This document shows, in pieces, positions 39,689-49,615 of a stretch of 64,000 bases of DNA. Positions within the stretch are counted from its first letter, which is position 1; each line of letters opens with the position of its first letter. The notes under the pieces were generated by a model that was not told the origin of the DNA, did no database searches, and saw only the letters and a program-made list of their open reading frames with translations. The translations under genes were made by a program, and so were the position numbers. The stretch is from Alphaproteobacteria bacterium (GTDB lineage: Bacteria > Pseudomonadota > Alphaproteobacteria > Caulobacterales > Hyphomonadaceae): contig JAHJSB010000012.1 of NCBI GenBank assembly GCA_018830285.1, positions 11,433-75,432 on the forward strand. The letters run 5' to 3'.

Positions 39689-41356
39689 TCATGACAGAAT
39701 GCCGGGTAAGTTGAGTTTGTGCGCCGCAGCGCATTCCAGAGCGGACTCGTATCCAGCATCTGCATGACGCATGACACCTGTCGCCGGATCGTTCCAGAGA
39801 ACGCGTTCAATCCGCCTGTCCGCTTCCGCCGTCCCGTCGCAGCAAATCACCATGCCGGAGTGCTGGGAGAACCCCATTCCGACACCGCCGCCATGATGAA
39901 GCGACACCCAGGTCGCGCCCGATGCCGTATTTAGCAACGCATTGAGGAGAGGCCAGTCAGACACGGCATCGGAACCGTCCTTCATCGCTTCTGTCTCGCG
40001 ATTTGGCGAGGCCACGGACCCTGAATCCAGATGATCACGCCCGATCACGATTGGTGCTGACAGTTCTCCGGTTCGCACCATCTCGTTGAATGCCAACCCC
40101 AATTTGTCGCGCACTCCGAGGCCAACCCAGCATATGCGAGCTGGTAATCCCTGGAACGGAATCCTCTCTCGTGCCATATCAAGCCAATTGTGCAGGTGGG
40201 GATCGTCAATCAATTCACGAACTTTCGCATCTGTCTTGTAGATGTCCTCCGGATCGCCCGACAGGGCACACCAGCGAAACGGCCCGATCCCACGACAAAA
40301 AAGAGGCCTGATATAGGCCGGAACGAAGCCTGGAAACGCGAAGGCATCCTCCAGCCCTTCGTCCTTTGCCACCTGGCGAATGTTGTTCCCGTAATCCAGC
40401 GTCGGTACGCCGGCATTCCAGAAGTCCACCATCGCCTTGACCTGGACTTTCATACTGGCCCGCGCAGCTTGCTCGACCCGCTTTGGCTCGGTCACCTGCG
40501 CTTCGCGCCACTCACTAACAGTCCAATCCTGTGGCAAGTAACCGTGCAACGGATCATGCGCGCTTGTCTGGTCAGTCACGATGTCCGGTCGCACGCCCCG
40601 CGCGTAGATTTCGGGGAAAATATCCGCCGCATTGCCGATCAGCGCCACAGATTTCGCTTCGCCCGCCGCTGTCCAGCTGGCAATCATCTCCAGCGCTTCA
40701 TCCAAGCTCGATGTCTTCGCATCGACATATCGCGTCCGCAGCCGGAAATCCGCCCGCGTCTCATCGCACTCGACAGCAAGGCAGCAGGCTCCAGCCATCA
40801 CGGCTGCGAGCGGCTGAGCCCCGCCCATGCCGCCCAATCCGCCCGTCAAGATCCACCGACCCTTGAGATCTCCGCCATAATGCAGGCGCCCGGCCTCGAC
40901 GAAAGTTTCATACGTGCCCTGAACAATTCCCTGAGACCCTATATATATCCACGATCCGGCGGTCATCTGCCCATACATGGCGAGACCCTTTTTATCGAGC
41001 TCGTTGAAATGATCCCAATTGGCCCAGTGAGGGACAAGATTGGAGTTGGCGATCAGCACGCGCGGCGCATCGACATGCGTACGGAACACGCCAACCGGTT
41101 TACCCGACTGGACGAGAAGTGTCTCGTCGGCCTCAAGCGCTTTGAGGCTGGCAACAATCTTGTCGAAATCTGCCCATGTCCGCGCTGCCCGTCCGATGCC
41201 GCCATAGACAACCAGATCATGCGGGTTTTCGGCGACGTCCGGATGCAAGTTGTTCATCAGCATGCGCATAGGAGCTTCGGTCAGCCAGCTCTTCGCGGTA
41301 ATCTCGCTTCCTGTCGCGGGATAGATGTCTCTCATGTTGTGGCGGGGGTCGATCAT
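39689..41356 (-). CDS. hutU: Urocanate hydratase
   Basis: [48 protein letters not shown]; ATGA-coupled to hutG. Confidence 0.98.
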   Translation of the reverse strand: MIDPRHNMRDIYPATGSEITAKSWLTEAPMRMLMNNLHPDVAENPHDLVVYGGIGRAARTWADFDKIVASLKALEADETLLVQSGKPVGVFRTHVDAPRVLIANSNLVPHWANWDHFNELDKKGLAMYGQMTAGSWIYIGSQGIVQGTYETFVEAGRLHYGGDLKGRWILTGGLGGMGGAQPLAAVMAGACCLAVECDETRADFRLRTRYVDAKTSSLDEALEMIASWTAAGEAKSVALIGNAADIFPEIYARGVRPDIVTDQTSAHDPLHGYLPQDWTVSEWREAQVTEPKRVEQAARASMKVQVKAMVDFWNAGVPTLDYGNNIRQVAKDEGLEDAFAFPGFVPAYIRPLFCRGIGPFRWCALSGDPEDIYKTDAKVRELIDDPHLHNWLDMARERIPFQGLPARICWVGLGVRDKLGLAFNEMVRTGELSAPIVIGRDHLDSGSVASPNRETEAMKDGSDAVSDWPLLNALLNTASGATWVSLHHGGGVGMGFSQHSGMVICCDGTAEADRRIERVLWNDPATGVMRHADAGYESALECAAAHKLNLPGILS

Positions 41357-42153
41357 GATCTGCCTCTCAGTTGACATGCTGCGCGCTCGATTGTCTCGAG
41401 AACCACGGCAAGATGTATGCGGACGCGCCCTGCCTTTACCTCGTCATACTCAAAGGGAAGGGCTTCTGTCCTGAGGTAGGTCGACTGCGCCAACTCCATC
41501 TGGATGGCATGCACGCCTGTCGATGGTCGACCATACTCACGTGTCGTCCAGCCGCCACGGAAGCGACCATTGACGATCATGGAATAATCACGCGCCTGTT
41601 GGCACGCTTCGGATACAGCACGCTCAAGAGCAGGATCGCAGGTCGCTCCATTATTCGTGCCGATATTGAAATCCGGAAGGGTCCCTTCGAAAAGGTATGG
41701 CGCCTGTGAACGGATCGAATGACAATCGTACAGGACGGCAACGCCATGCTTTGCCTTCACCCGCGCAAGTTCTGCGCGCAGGGCCGCATGGTAAGTCGCG
41801 TGCCAGCTTATACGCCGTGATTCTATCTCTTCTTCGTCAGGCGGATCGCACCACAGCGCATGTCCATCGAAGTCTGTCATCGGCACGAGCCCGGTCGTGT
41901 TTTGATCCGGGTAAAGGCTCGCGCCAGAGGGGTCGCGGTTCGCGTCAACGACATAGCGATGGAAATTTGCCTTCACCATCGTGCCCCCCGGCAGAAGCCC
42001 GTCATAAAGACGATCAACATGCCAATCCGCATCTGCGAGGCTTTGGCCCAGCGGAGTCAGGCGGTCGAAAACATCGGCGGGAACATAGGTACCGCTGTGC
42101 GGAACACCGAGCACGACCGGCCCGTCACCGCGCTGGACGTTTACGGGATTCAT
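41353..42153 (-). CDS. hutG: N-formylglutamate deformylase
   Basis: [50 protein letters not shown]. Confidence 0.96.
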   Translation of the reverse strand: MNPVNVQRGDGPVVLGVPHSGTYVPADVFDRLTPLGQSLADADWHVDRLYDGLLPGGTMVKANFHRYVVDANRDPSGASLYPDQNTTGLVPMTDFDGHALWCDPPDEEEIESRRISWHATYHAALRAELARVKAKHGVAVLYDCHSIRSQAPYLFEGTLPDFNIGTNNGATCDPALERAVSEACQQARDYSMIVNGRFRGGWTTREYGRPSTGVHAIQMELAQSTYLRTEALPFEYDEVKAGRVRIHLAVVLETIERAACQLRGRS

Positions 42154-43688
42154 GCAGCGATCTCGTCAATGGATTCAGGCAAACCCGCCGCAGCCGAAAA
42201 GTCTCCGTTCGCAACCATGATAGCGACCTGTTCCAGATCGGGCGCCATGTATCGGTCTGTCGTGAGGCGGCTCACCTTCGCGCGCATCGCCGCAAGTACA
42301 AGTTTGAGCACCGGGCTCGTCTCAAGCGGCGCGCGAAACTCGACACCCTGCGCGGCGCAGAGAAATTCCACGGCGATGATCATGCCGAGATTCCGGTTCA
42401 TGCGTTGAAGCCGCCGCGCACCATGCGCAGCCATCGAAACATGATCTTCCTGATTGGCGGACGTAGGTGTGGAATCTGTCGAGCAGGGATTAGCCAGATG
42501 CTTGTTCTCGCTCATCAAAGCAGCTGATGTCACTTCCGCAATCATCATCCCGGAATTCAGGCCCGGCTCTGGAGTCAGGAAGGGCGGCAGATCAAAGGAA
42601 AGAGTCGGGTCAACCATCAGAGCGACGCGGCGCTGCGAGATGGCACCAATTTCGGCGATTGCAAGCGCGATCTGGTCGGCGGCGAAGGCGACGGGCTCGG
42701 CATGAAAGTTCCCACCCGAAACGATCTGCCCCGTTTCGACAAGGACGAGCGGATTGTCCGATACTGCATTGGCTTCAATTTCGAGTGTCTGTCCGGCGAA
42801 ATCGAGCAGATCGAGCGCCGCGCCGGTAACTTGTGGCTGGCATCGGATACAATATGGATCCTGAACTCTCGCATCGTCGCTTCGATGGCTTTCACGGATT
42901 TGCGAGCCATCCAATAGCTGACGCATGCCGCGCGCGATGCGAATTTGTCCCTTGTGTCCGCGCAAGGCGTGTATCTCGGCCAGCAAGGGCGCTGTCGATG
43001 CCATGACCGCATCCGTCGAAAGCGCCGCTGAAACCACACATTGCAACGCGGTGCGCTTGGCAGCGAACAAACCCGCCAAGGCACAAGCAGTCGAAAACTG
43101 GGTTCCGTTGATGAGTCCGAGGCCTTCTTTCGGACCAAGCGTGACGGGGCTGAGGCCCACGTTTGAAAGAGCCTGCGCCGATGGCAGGCGCTGATCGTCC
43201 AGCCAGGCTTCGCCTTCGCCGATCATCGCCGCAGCCATGTGCGCCAACGGCGCCAGATCACCCGACGCGCCAACAGACCCTTGGTCAGGAATGACCGGGA
43301 TCACTCCCTTTTCGAGCATCGCCTCTATCATGGCGATGGTATGCCAGGACACACCAGACGCGCCGCGCCCCAACGACAGAAGCTTCAGCGACATCATCAA
43401 TCGGGTGGTCGGAACATCGAGCGCCTGGCCTACGCCGCAGCAATGCGACAGCACAAGATTGCGCTGCAACACCTCGGTATCTTCCGGCCTGATCTTGATA
43501 CTGGCCAGCTTTCCGAATCCGGTATTCACCCCGTACACGGCCCTCGCACCCGAGGCGGCTTCAGCCACGATGGCGGCCGCCCTGTCAATTGCAGGACGTG
43601 CCGTCTCCGACAGCCTCACGGAAGCACTCGTGCGCCATACAGATTCAAGTTGGGACAGCGTCGCAGAGCCGGGCATGAGAACGATCAT
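42150..43688 (-). CDS. hutH: Histidine ammonia-lyase
   Basis: [11 protein letters not shown]-forming [33 protein letters not shown]. Confidence 0.98.
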   Translation of the reverse strand: MIVLMPGSATLSQLESVWRTSASVRLSETARPAIDRAAAIVAEAASGARAVYGVNTGFGKLASIKIRPEDTEVLQRNLVLSHCCGVGQALDVPTTRLMMSLKLLSLGRGASGVSWHTIAMIEAMLEKGVIPVIPDQGSVGASGDLAPLAHMAAAMIGEGEAWLDDQRLPSAQALSNVGLSPVTLGPKEGLGLINGTQFSTACALAGLFAAKRTALQCVVSAALSTDAVMASTAPLLAEIHALRGHKGQIRIARGMRQLLDGSQIRESHRSDDARVQDPYCIRCQPQVTGAALDLLDFAGQTLEIEANAVSDNPLVLVETGQIVSGGNFHAEPVAFAADQIALAIAEIGAISQRRVALMVDPTLSFDLPPFLTPEPGLNSGMMIAEVTSAALMSENKHLANPCSTDSTPTSANQEDHVSMAAHGARRLQRMNRNLGMIIAVEFLCAAQGVEFRAPLETSPVLKLVLAAMRAKVSRLTTDRYMAPDLEQVAIMVANGDFSAAAGLPESIDEIAA

Positions 43689-44881
43689 CACACCGCTCCT
43701 GCGAACACACGCTTGTGCAGGGGGTTGAACCCGAGCCTGTAGGCGAGCTCTGCCGGATGCTCGACGTCCCAAATTGCAAGGTCGGCGCGTGCACCGGCGT
43801 ATAGCTTGCCGCAATCGCTCAGCCCCAGCGCCTGCGCACCATGCAATGTCATACCGGCCAGCGCCTCCTCGGGCGTCATTCTGAACAGGGTGCACGCCAT
43901 GTTCATGACCAGCAGGGGTGATGTCATGGGCGACGACCCCGGATTGCAGTCAGTTGCCAACGCCATTCCCACGCCGTGCTTCCGGAACGTATCGATCGGC
44001 GGAAGCTTCGTCTCCCGCAGGAAATAGAACGCACCCGGAAGCAGGACCGCCACCATTCCGGCGCGCGCCATGGCGATAACGTCCACTTCCGTGGCATATT
44101 CCAAATGGTCACTGGACAAGGCGCCAAATTCGGCTGCCAGCCGCGTGCCTCCGAGGTTTGATAATTGTTCGGCGTGCAGCTTCACTGGCAATCCGAGCGT
44201 TTTTGCAGCTTCGAAAACCTTCCGGATCTGCTCTTTGCTGAATGCAATTCCTTCGCAGAACCCGTCGACGGCGTCCACAAGCCCGGCGTCTGCCGCAACA
44301 GCCAGCGCGGGCAGGCAGACTTCATCGACATAGGCGTCCGGTCGCCCCGCATATTCGCCGGGGATTGCATGCGCGCCCAGAAAGCTTGTCACCACCCGGA
44401 CGGACCTGTCGCGCGCGATACGCCGGGCAACACGCAGCATCTTGATTTCCGAGTCGATATTGAGTCCGTATCCTGACTTTATTTCAATCGTTGTCACGCC
44501 TTCGGCGATTAGGGCGTCGACGCGCGACAGCGCGCTGCCAAGCAGGTCTTCTTCACTCGCCTCTCGCGTCGCCGAGACGGTTGAATTGATGCCGCCCCCG
44601 GATCGCGCCACCTCTTCGTAGGTGGCTCCGCCAAGCCGGAGCTCAAACTCCCTGGCACGGTTACCGGCGTGAACGATGTGCGTATGGCAATCGACCAGGC
44701 CGGGAGTGATCAGACGACCGCAGAGATCCATGCTTTCCCCGTCGCGTGCTTGCCGGGGAACGTCTTCCATCCGCCCGATCCACTGGATGCACGCTCCGAC
44801 CATCCAGATTGCACCATCCGGCACCAGACCATAGGGCGCATTTGCACCAAAGGTAGCCAGATTTGCGTGAGTCAGAAGCAT
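43688..44881 (-). CDS. hutI: Imidazolonepropionase
   Basis: [42 protein letters not shown]. Confidence 0.97.
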   Translation of the reverse strand: MLLTHANLATFGANAPYGLVPDGAIWMVGACIQWIGRMEDVPRQARDGESMDLCGRLITPGLVDCHTHIVHAGNRAREFELRLGGATYEEVARSGGGINSTVSATREASEEDLLGSALSRVDALIAEGVTTIEIKSGYGLNIDSEIKMLRVARRIARDRSVRVVTSFLGAHAIPGEYAGRPDAYVDEVCLPALAVAADAGLVDAVDGFCEGIAFSKEQIRKVFEAAKTLGLPVKLHAEQLSNLGGTRLAAEFGALSSDHLEYATEVDVIAMARAGMVAVLLPGAFYFLRETKLPPIDTFRKHGVGMALATDCNPGSSPMTSPLLVMNMACTLFRMTPEEALAGMTLHGAQALGLSDCGKLYAGARADLAIWDVEHPAELAYRLGFNPLHKRVFAGAV

Positions 44882-44915
44882 GATTCTCTCATTGCCAATT
44901 CCGGACTAATTTTTT

Positions 44916-44931
44916 ATATGTCTGCACATAT
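44916..44931. promoter_or_regulatory. HutC-type operator palindrome
   Basis: ATATGT-CTGC-ACATAT in the AT-rich divergent hutI/hutF gap; TGT-N4-ACA core resembles known HutC sites. Confidence 0.7.
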
Positions 44932-44954
44932 TAATGAGTCAAGGAAGTTCGCCA

Positions 44955-46319
44955 ATGACTGTCATTTCGGCGCGCACAGCCCTTCTTGAGGACGGCTGGG
45001 CCAAAGATGTCCGCTTTGAAATCGACGCTTCCGGCAAGATCGCATCTGTGCTCAGCGGACAGAAGCCCGAAGGCCAAACGGCAGGGATCCTGCTCCCTGC
45101 ACCTGCCAACGCTCACTCCCATGCGTTTCAGCGGGCCATGGCAGGCCTGACGGAACGCAGAGGCCACGACCCCAGCGATTCCTTCTGGACGTGGCGTCAG
45201 TTGATGTTCCGTTTCCTGGACAGGCTGACCCCGGATCATGTCCAGGGTATCGCCGCCTTCGTGCAAATGGAGATGCTGGAAGCAGGGTATGCTGCAAACG
45301 TGGAGTTTCATTATCTTCATCACCAGCCGGGCGGAGCCGTCTATGACAAACTGTCCGAAATGTCTGACAGGATAGTGGCCGCTGCTGCACAGACCGGCAT
45401 AGGATTGACGCTTCTTCCGGTTCACTATGAATATGGAGGCTGCGACGGGCGCCCGCTCGGACCAGGACAAATCCGTTTCGGAAATGACTTCCAGCGTTTC
45501 GCAAAGCTGTATGACCAGGCGCAGCAGACGATGCAATACTTGCCCAGCGATAGCCGTCTTGGCGTTGCCCCTCACAGCCTTCGCGCCGTCGCGGCCCGGG
45601 ACCTCAGGTCGGCAAGTGACCTTGCAGGCGACGGCCCCCTTCACATGCACTTGTCCGAACAGCAGGCCGAAGTGGACGAAGTCCTGGCGTTTTATGGCGC
45701 ACGGCCTGTCAGCGTTTTCCTCGATCACTGCGATGCAGGCCCGCATTGGTGCCTGATCCACTGCATCCAGATGAATGAGGTTGAATCAGACCGGCTTGCG
45801 CGCTCCGGATCCGTTGCGGGTGTTTGTCCCGTGACGGAAGCGAGTCTTGGAGATGGCATTTTTGGCGCAACGGCTTGGCTTGGCTCAGGTGGTGCCCTCG
45901 CAATCGGTTCGGATTCCAATATCCGCATCTCGCTAACCGAAGAGTTGCGGGCGCTGGAATATTCACAACGGCTGCGTGACCATTCGCGCGCCTCGCTTGC
46001 CACGCACGACCGTTCGACGGGCAGGCGTTTGTTCGAAGCAGTCAACAAGGGCGGCGCGCTGGCCTCGGGACGCAATAGTGCATGCATTTCAGAGGGATGC
46101 CTGGCTGACTTTGTCGCGATTGACGACAGCCATATTGATCTCGCAGGACGGACCGGTGACACTCTTCTCGACACCTATATCTTTGCAGGTGATGATAGTC
46201 TCGTCACCGACGTATGGTCCGCAGGCCGTCACATGGTACGCGAGGGAAAGCACATTGCTCGTGATGCCATTGCGGGTCGTTACCGAGCCATCATGCATGA
46301 ACTCGGAGACGCATTGTGA
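44955..46319 (+). CDS. hutF: Formimidoylglutamate deiminase
   Basis: NAHSHAFQRAMAGLTE, VEFHYLHH, APHSLRA, HMHLSEQ, IGSDSN. Confidence 0.97.
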   Translation: MTVISARTALLEDGWAKDVRFEIDASGKIASVLSGQKPEGQTAGILLPAPANAHSHAFQRAMAGLTERRGHDPSDSFWTWRQLMFRFLDRLTPDHVQGIAAFVQMEMLEAGYAANVEFHYLHHQPGGAVYDKLSEMSDRIVAAAAQTGIGLTLLPVHYEYGGCDGRPLGPGQIRFGNDFQRFAKLYDQAQQTMQYLPSDSRLGVAPHSLRAVAARDLRSASDLAGDGPLHMHLSEQQAEVDEVLAFYGARPVSVFLDHCDAGPHWCLIHCIQMNEVESDRLARSGSVAGVCPVTEASLGDGIFGATAWLGSGGALAIGSDSNIRISLTEELRALEYSQRLRDHSRASLATHDRSTGRRLFEAVNKGGALASGRNSACISEGCLADFVAIDDSHIDLAGRTGDTLLDTYIFAGDDSLVTDVWSAGRHMVREGKHIARDAIAGRYRAIMHELGDAL

Positions 46320-47029
46320 CCGTGCCGGCGCTCAACAACTGGCAGTCAGTACAGGACGAAGTCGTCCGCCGGATTCATGGAGGAGTCTGGAACCAGGGCG
46401 ACCTGATCCCGAATGAAGCCGATCTCGCAAGGGAATTCGGCTGCGCACGCGCAACCGTGAATCGTGCGCTCCAGAGCCTGGCCGACTCCGGACTGCTGGA
46501 CAGGCGCCGAAAAGCCGGCACACGCGTGGCCATGCTCCCGGTCAGGAAGGCAACGCTGGAAATCCCATTGATCCGCAAGGAAATCTGCGACAAAGGCCAT
46601 ACTTACGGCTACGCTCAGGTTACCCGGAGACGCGTTCCTTCCCCCGCTCGCCTTGCATCGAAAATGAATCTGCCGCGAGGCACGAAATTGCTTCACCTCC
46701 TTTGCGTTCACTCTGCAGACGCCAAACCCTATGTCATCGAGGAGCGGTGGATCAATCCAGATGCGGTCCCAGCTGTCGAGGGCGTCGACTTCTCGCAGAT
46801 CAGCCCGAATGAATGGCTTTTGAAGCATGTTCCCTTCAGCGCGGGGGATATCGCCTTTTTCGCCATGAGCGCCGACCAGCCTGTCGCAGACTTGCTTGAA
46901 TGCGAGGTCGGTGAGGGACTTTTCGTGATCGACAGGAGCACACGCCGAGACACTCAGGCCATTACGTCCGTCCGACTGATTTTTGCACCCGGATACCGGA
47001 TGCACACGGTTCTGTCCCTCCCGACCTAA
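46316..47029 (+). CDS. hutC: Histidine utilization repressor (GntR HTH + UTRA)
   Basis: IPNEADLAREFGCARATVNRAL...RRRKAGTRV plus UTRA domain; GTGA overlap with hutF. Confidence 0.93.
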   Translation: MTVPALNNWQSVQDEVVRRIHGGVWNQGDLIPNEADLAREFGCARATVNRALQSLADSGLLDRRRKAGTRVAMLPVRKATLEIPLIRKEICDKGHTYGYAQVTRRRVPSPARLASKMNLPRGTKLLHLLCVHSADAKPYVIEERWINPDAVPAVEGVDFSQISPNEWLLKHVPFSAGDIAFFAMSADQPVADLLECEVGEGLFVIDRSTRRDTQAITSVRLIFAPGYRMHTVLSLPT

Positions 47030-47236
47030 AGCCAAGTCGGATATCTATGGGCGATGATTGCTAATGGAATAATGGGTGGGGGCAGAAAGGCAGAGCATGG
47101 CATGGCGTGAACAAACCGGCACTAGGAAACAAACCTGAATGGCCTGCCCCTGCCGGAATGGTCAAAACGAATTGCCAGCGCAATTGGACCTGAGGCGAGA
47201 CATCCTGATATTCGGCCCAAAAACCTCGCGCGGAGC

Positions 47237-47400
47237 CCGTTGCGCTTCATCGAAGCCTAACCCGAGATCATCCAGCTTGGCATGCGGATACCGAATCGGT
47301 TTCGGCTCTCGCTCAGAAACGCCCAAGACCTTCTTGCCGAGCACGGCTTGGATGCCTGCCACGAAAGTGCTCGGCTTCGCGGCGATCGGTCCGGTCCTGA
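47237..47400 (+). mobile_element. IS6-family transposase N-terminal remnant
   Basis: One frame reads PLRFIEA*PEIIQLGMRIPNRFRLSLRNAQDLLAEHGLDACHESARLRGDRSGP. This matches the recalled IS6 PFRYFKTSPEIIRLAV...RFPLSLRNVEDLL-ERGID-SHETVR-WW-RFGP. In-frame TAA at 47258; DDE domain absent. Confidence 0.8.
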
Positions 47401-47525
47401 CCGGCCACATCGCCCTAAAGAAACGCATCAACCGTATCAAGCCCAACCGCCCACGGACCACACCATGAAAACTGTAATCTGCCGGCCCGGTCTGAACCGT
47501 TACCCATGTTCCCGGTTGCACACGA

Positions 47526-47783
47526 TCAGGACGGGTCGGTCGCCTCTTCGGCGGCATCGTGGATGGCGTCGACAGGGTCGTCATTTTCCTGGCCCGTCAT
47601 GTCGTCGATGACTTCGCCGGCATTTTCCATCGCGCCGTCACCGCGATCAATCTCCTGGCCGGTGGCCTCTTCAATGGCGGAATCCATCTTCTCGCCTTGC
47701 TTTTCCGCGCTCGTCCCCTGGCCACACGCCGTCAGCGCGAGCATGCCGGCAAGGACGAGGCCTGTTGATGTCAGTTTTCGCAT
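47526..47783 (-). CDS. Small acidic lipoprotein (probable stress-response protein)
   Basis: MRKLTS...LALTAC lipobox; acidic repetitive mature part (GEKMDSAIEE, GAMENAGEVIDD); follows phyR. Confidence 0.75.
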   Translation of the reverse strand: MRKLTSTGLVLAGMLALTACGQGTSAEKQGEKMDSAIEEATGQEIDRGDGAMENAGEVIDDMTGQENDDPVDAIHDAAEEATDPS

Positions 47784-47848
47784 TTTGAAGTTCCTTTTAC
47801 AGTGATCAGGAAATGGGCAGGATAGCGTGTTGCCGGCAGAGCCAGCCA

Positions 47849-48643
47849 TCAGGCCGAGACGTTGGGTGTCCGGGCCGGATTGAAGAACAGGGCCTGGCCG
47901 ATGGCGGCCTTGACCGTGTTTTCCTGGAACGGCTTTGGAATCAGGAAGGTCGGTTCGGGGCGCTCGCCGGTGAGCAGACGCTCGGGGAAGGCCGTGATGA
48001 AGATGATCGGGACATCCATCAGCCCGAGAATGTCATGAGCGGCATCGATACCGGACGAGCCGTCGGCCAGCTGGATATCGCACAGGATGAGGCCGGGCGG
48101 ATTGGCCTTGGCCATGTCCACGGCTTCGGACCGCGTGGTGGCATTGCCGGTCACTTCGTGGCCGAGATCGCCAACAAGGCTCTCGAGATCCGCTGCGATG
48201 ATCGGCTCGTCCTCGATGATCAGCACCCTGGTCTTGAGATCCTGCTCGATATCGCGGTGGGCGGCATTCACGAGCTCGCCATGCTCGTCCATGGACACAC
48301 CGAGAATGAAGGCCGCGTCCTTGACGGAGAAGCCTTCCAGGGCAGTGAGGAGAAAGGCCTGGCGCTGGATCGGCGCCAGCGCCTGCAGCCGGCGATCGGC
48401 TGCAGCGCCCGATACGTCGGTGCCGCCGTCCAGCTGCGCGCCGGTGCCACCCCAAATGACATGGAAAAAGCGATAGAGGGCCGTGCGCGGGTCGATTTCG
48501 CTGTCGATCTGGTCTGGATCTTCGACAAGGGCCGCCAGAGAGGCTCGGATATAGGCGTCTCCGCTGTTCTGGCTGCCCGTCAGCGCGCGCGCGTAGCGGC
48601 GCAGCAATGGCAGGTGGGGGGCGAATTTCTGTACCAAGTCCAT
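47849..48643 (-). CDS. phyR: Anti-anti-sigma response regulator PhyR
   Basis: Sigma-like N-terminus HLPLLRRYARALTGSQ...GD plus C-terminal REC (IIEDE, LCDIQLADGSSG, ITAFPERLLTGERPEP). Confidence 0.97.
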   Translation of the reverse strand: MDLVQKFAPHLPLLRRYARALTGSQNSGDAYIRASLAALVEDPDQIDSEIDPRTALYRFFHVIWGGTGAQLDGGTDVSGAAADRRLQALAPIQRQAFLLTALEGFSVKDAAFILGVSMDEHGELVNAAHRDIEQDLKTRVLIIEDEPIIAADLESLVGDLGHEVTGNATTRSEAVDMAKANPPGLILCDIQLADGSSGIDAAHDILGLMDVPIIFITAFPERLLTGERPEPTFLIPKPFQENTVKAAIGQALFFNPARTPNVSA

Positions 48644-48674
48644 AGTAACCCTCTTGATCTGAATCTCAGTTTAC

Positions 48675-48699
48675 AACTCGCCACACCCGAAAAGGTTGC
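48675..48699 (-). promoter_or_regulatory. EcfG/SigT-type promoter for phyR
   Basis: Minus strand GCAAC-N16-AGTT, a variant of GGAAC-N16-CGTT. Confidence 0.55.
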
Positions 48700-48728
48700 G
48701 TGCGCTGCAAAATTAATTGTTTTCTGGT

Positions 48729-48753
48729 GGAACCAATACTGTTGCCCGCTGTT
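48729..48753 (+). promoter_or_regulatory. EcfG/SigT-type promoter for nepR-ecfG
   Basis: GGAAC-N16-TGTT, 58 bp upstream of the nepR ATG. Confidence 0.75.
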
Positions 48754-48810
48754 GCACCAAGTGAGTTGAACAGCAGGTACCATCCCTTGATCGAATCCAG
48801 AGTCCAGCCA

Positions 48811-49002
48811 ATGAACAAAAAAAAACAACTAGGCCAGCAGAAATCAGATGCTGACCTGAAGCGTCGCGGTGCCAAAATTGGGGACCAGCTTCGTCGAATT
48901 TACGAAGAAGTCGCCAAGGAAGAGGTTCCGGACGAGTTCCTGAAACTGCTGGAAGAGGCGGACAAGAAGAAATCCTCGATGCCCTCCGCGTCAGATGAGT
49001 GA
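48811..49002 (+). CDS. nepR: Anti-sigma factor NepR
   Basis: IGDQLRRIYEEVAKEEVPDEFLKLLEE; lies between phyR and the ECF sigma gene. Confidence 0.93.
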   Translation: MNKKKQLGQQKSDADLKRRGAKIGDQLRRIYEEVAKEEVPDEFLKLLEEADKKKSSMPSASDE

Positions 49003-49615
49003 GGCGCCGACCATGACCGATGATCGCAACAAGCTCGACGACGCCACGTTCAAGAAGGAGCTGACCACGCTCATTCCGCACCTGCGTGCCTTTGCCCGCA
49101 GCCTGTGCCGCGACGCGTCGCTGGCCGATGACCTGGCGCAGGATGCCATGCTGAAGGCATGGAATGCCCGCGACAGCTTCCTGGCCGGTACGAACATGAA
49201 AGCCTGGGCGTTCACCATCCTGCGCAATGCGTTCTATTCGGAAAAGCGCCGCAGCTGGCGCCGCCAGCCGCTGGACCCTGAAGTGGCCGAGGCGACCCTG
49301 GTGTCCAACAGCAATCCGTCGGACGCACTTGAACTGCTCGCCTTGCGCAATGCGCTGGCCCTGCTGCCCGTCGACCAGAAAGAGGCGCTGATCCTCGTCG
49401 GTGCCGGCGGGATGGCCTATGAGGAAGCGGCTGAAATCTGCGGCTGTGCCGTCGGTACGATCAAGAGCCGGGTTTCGCGCGCCCGCAAGGCGGTGATCGA
49501 GATACTGGAGTCAAATTCCACCGGCTATAATAGTGACTCGGGCATGTCGGCCGACAAAGCCTTTGACGACATCATGAAGCAAGCGGACGAGATCGCCCGT
49601 GCGCCGACAAGCTGA
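48995..49615 (+). CDS. ecfG: ECF15 general stress response sigma factor (EcfG/SigT)
   Basis: IPHLRAFARSLC...ADDLAQD...NMKAWAFTILRN...YEEAAEICGCAVGTIKSRVSRAR. Confidence 0.95.
   Translation: MSEAPTMTDDRNKLDDATFKKELTTLIPHLRAFARSLCRDASLADDLAQDAMLKAWNARDSFLAGTNMKAWAFTILRNAFYSEKRRSWRRQPLDPEVAEATLVSNSNPSDALELLALRNALALLPVDQKEALILVGAGGMAYEEAAEICGCAVGTIKSRVSRARKAVIEILESNSTGYNSDSGMSADKAFDDIMKQADEIARAPTS

Noticed and set aside
47162-47584. 140-aa minus-strand ORF
   Set aside because: It is antisense to the IS6 remnant and overlaps the lipoprotein gene; no motifs.
47805-47835. Dedicated EcfG promoter for the small lipoprotein (GCAAC...CATT)
   Set aside because: The spacer is 13 bp rather than 16-17 bp.
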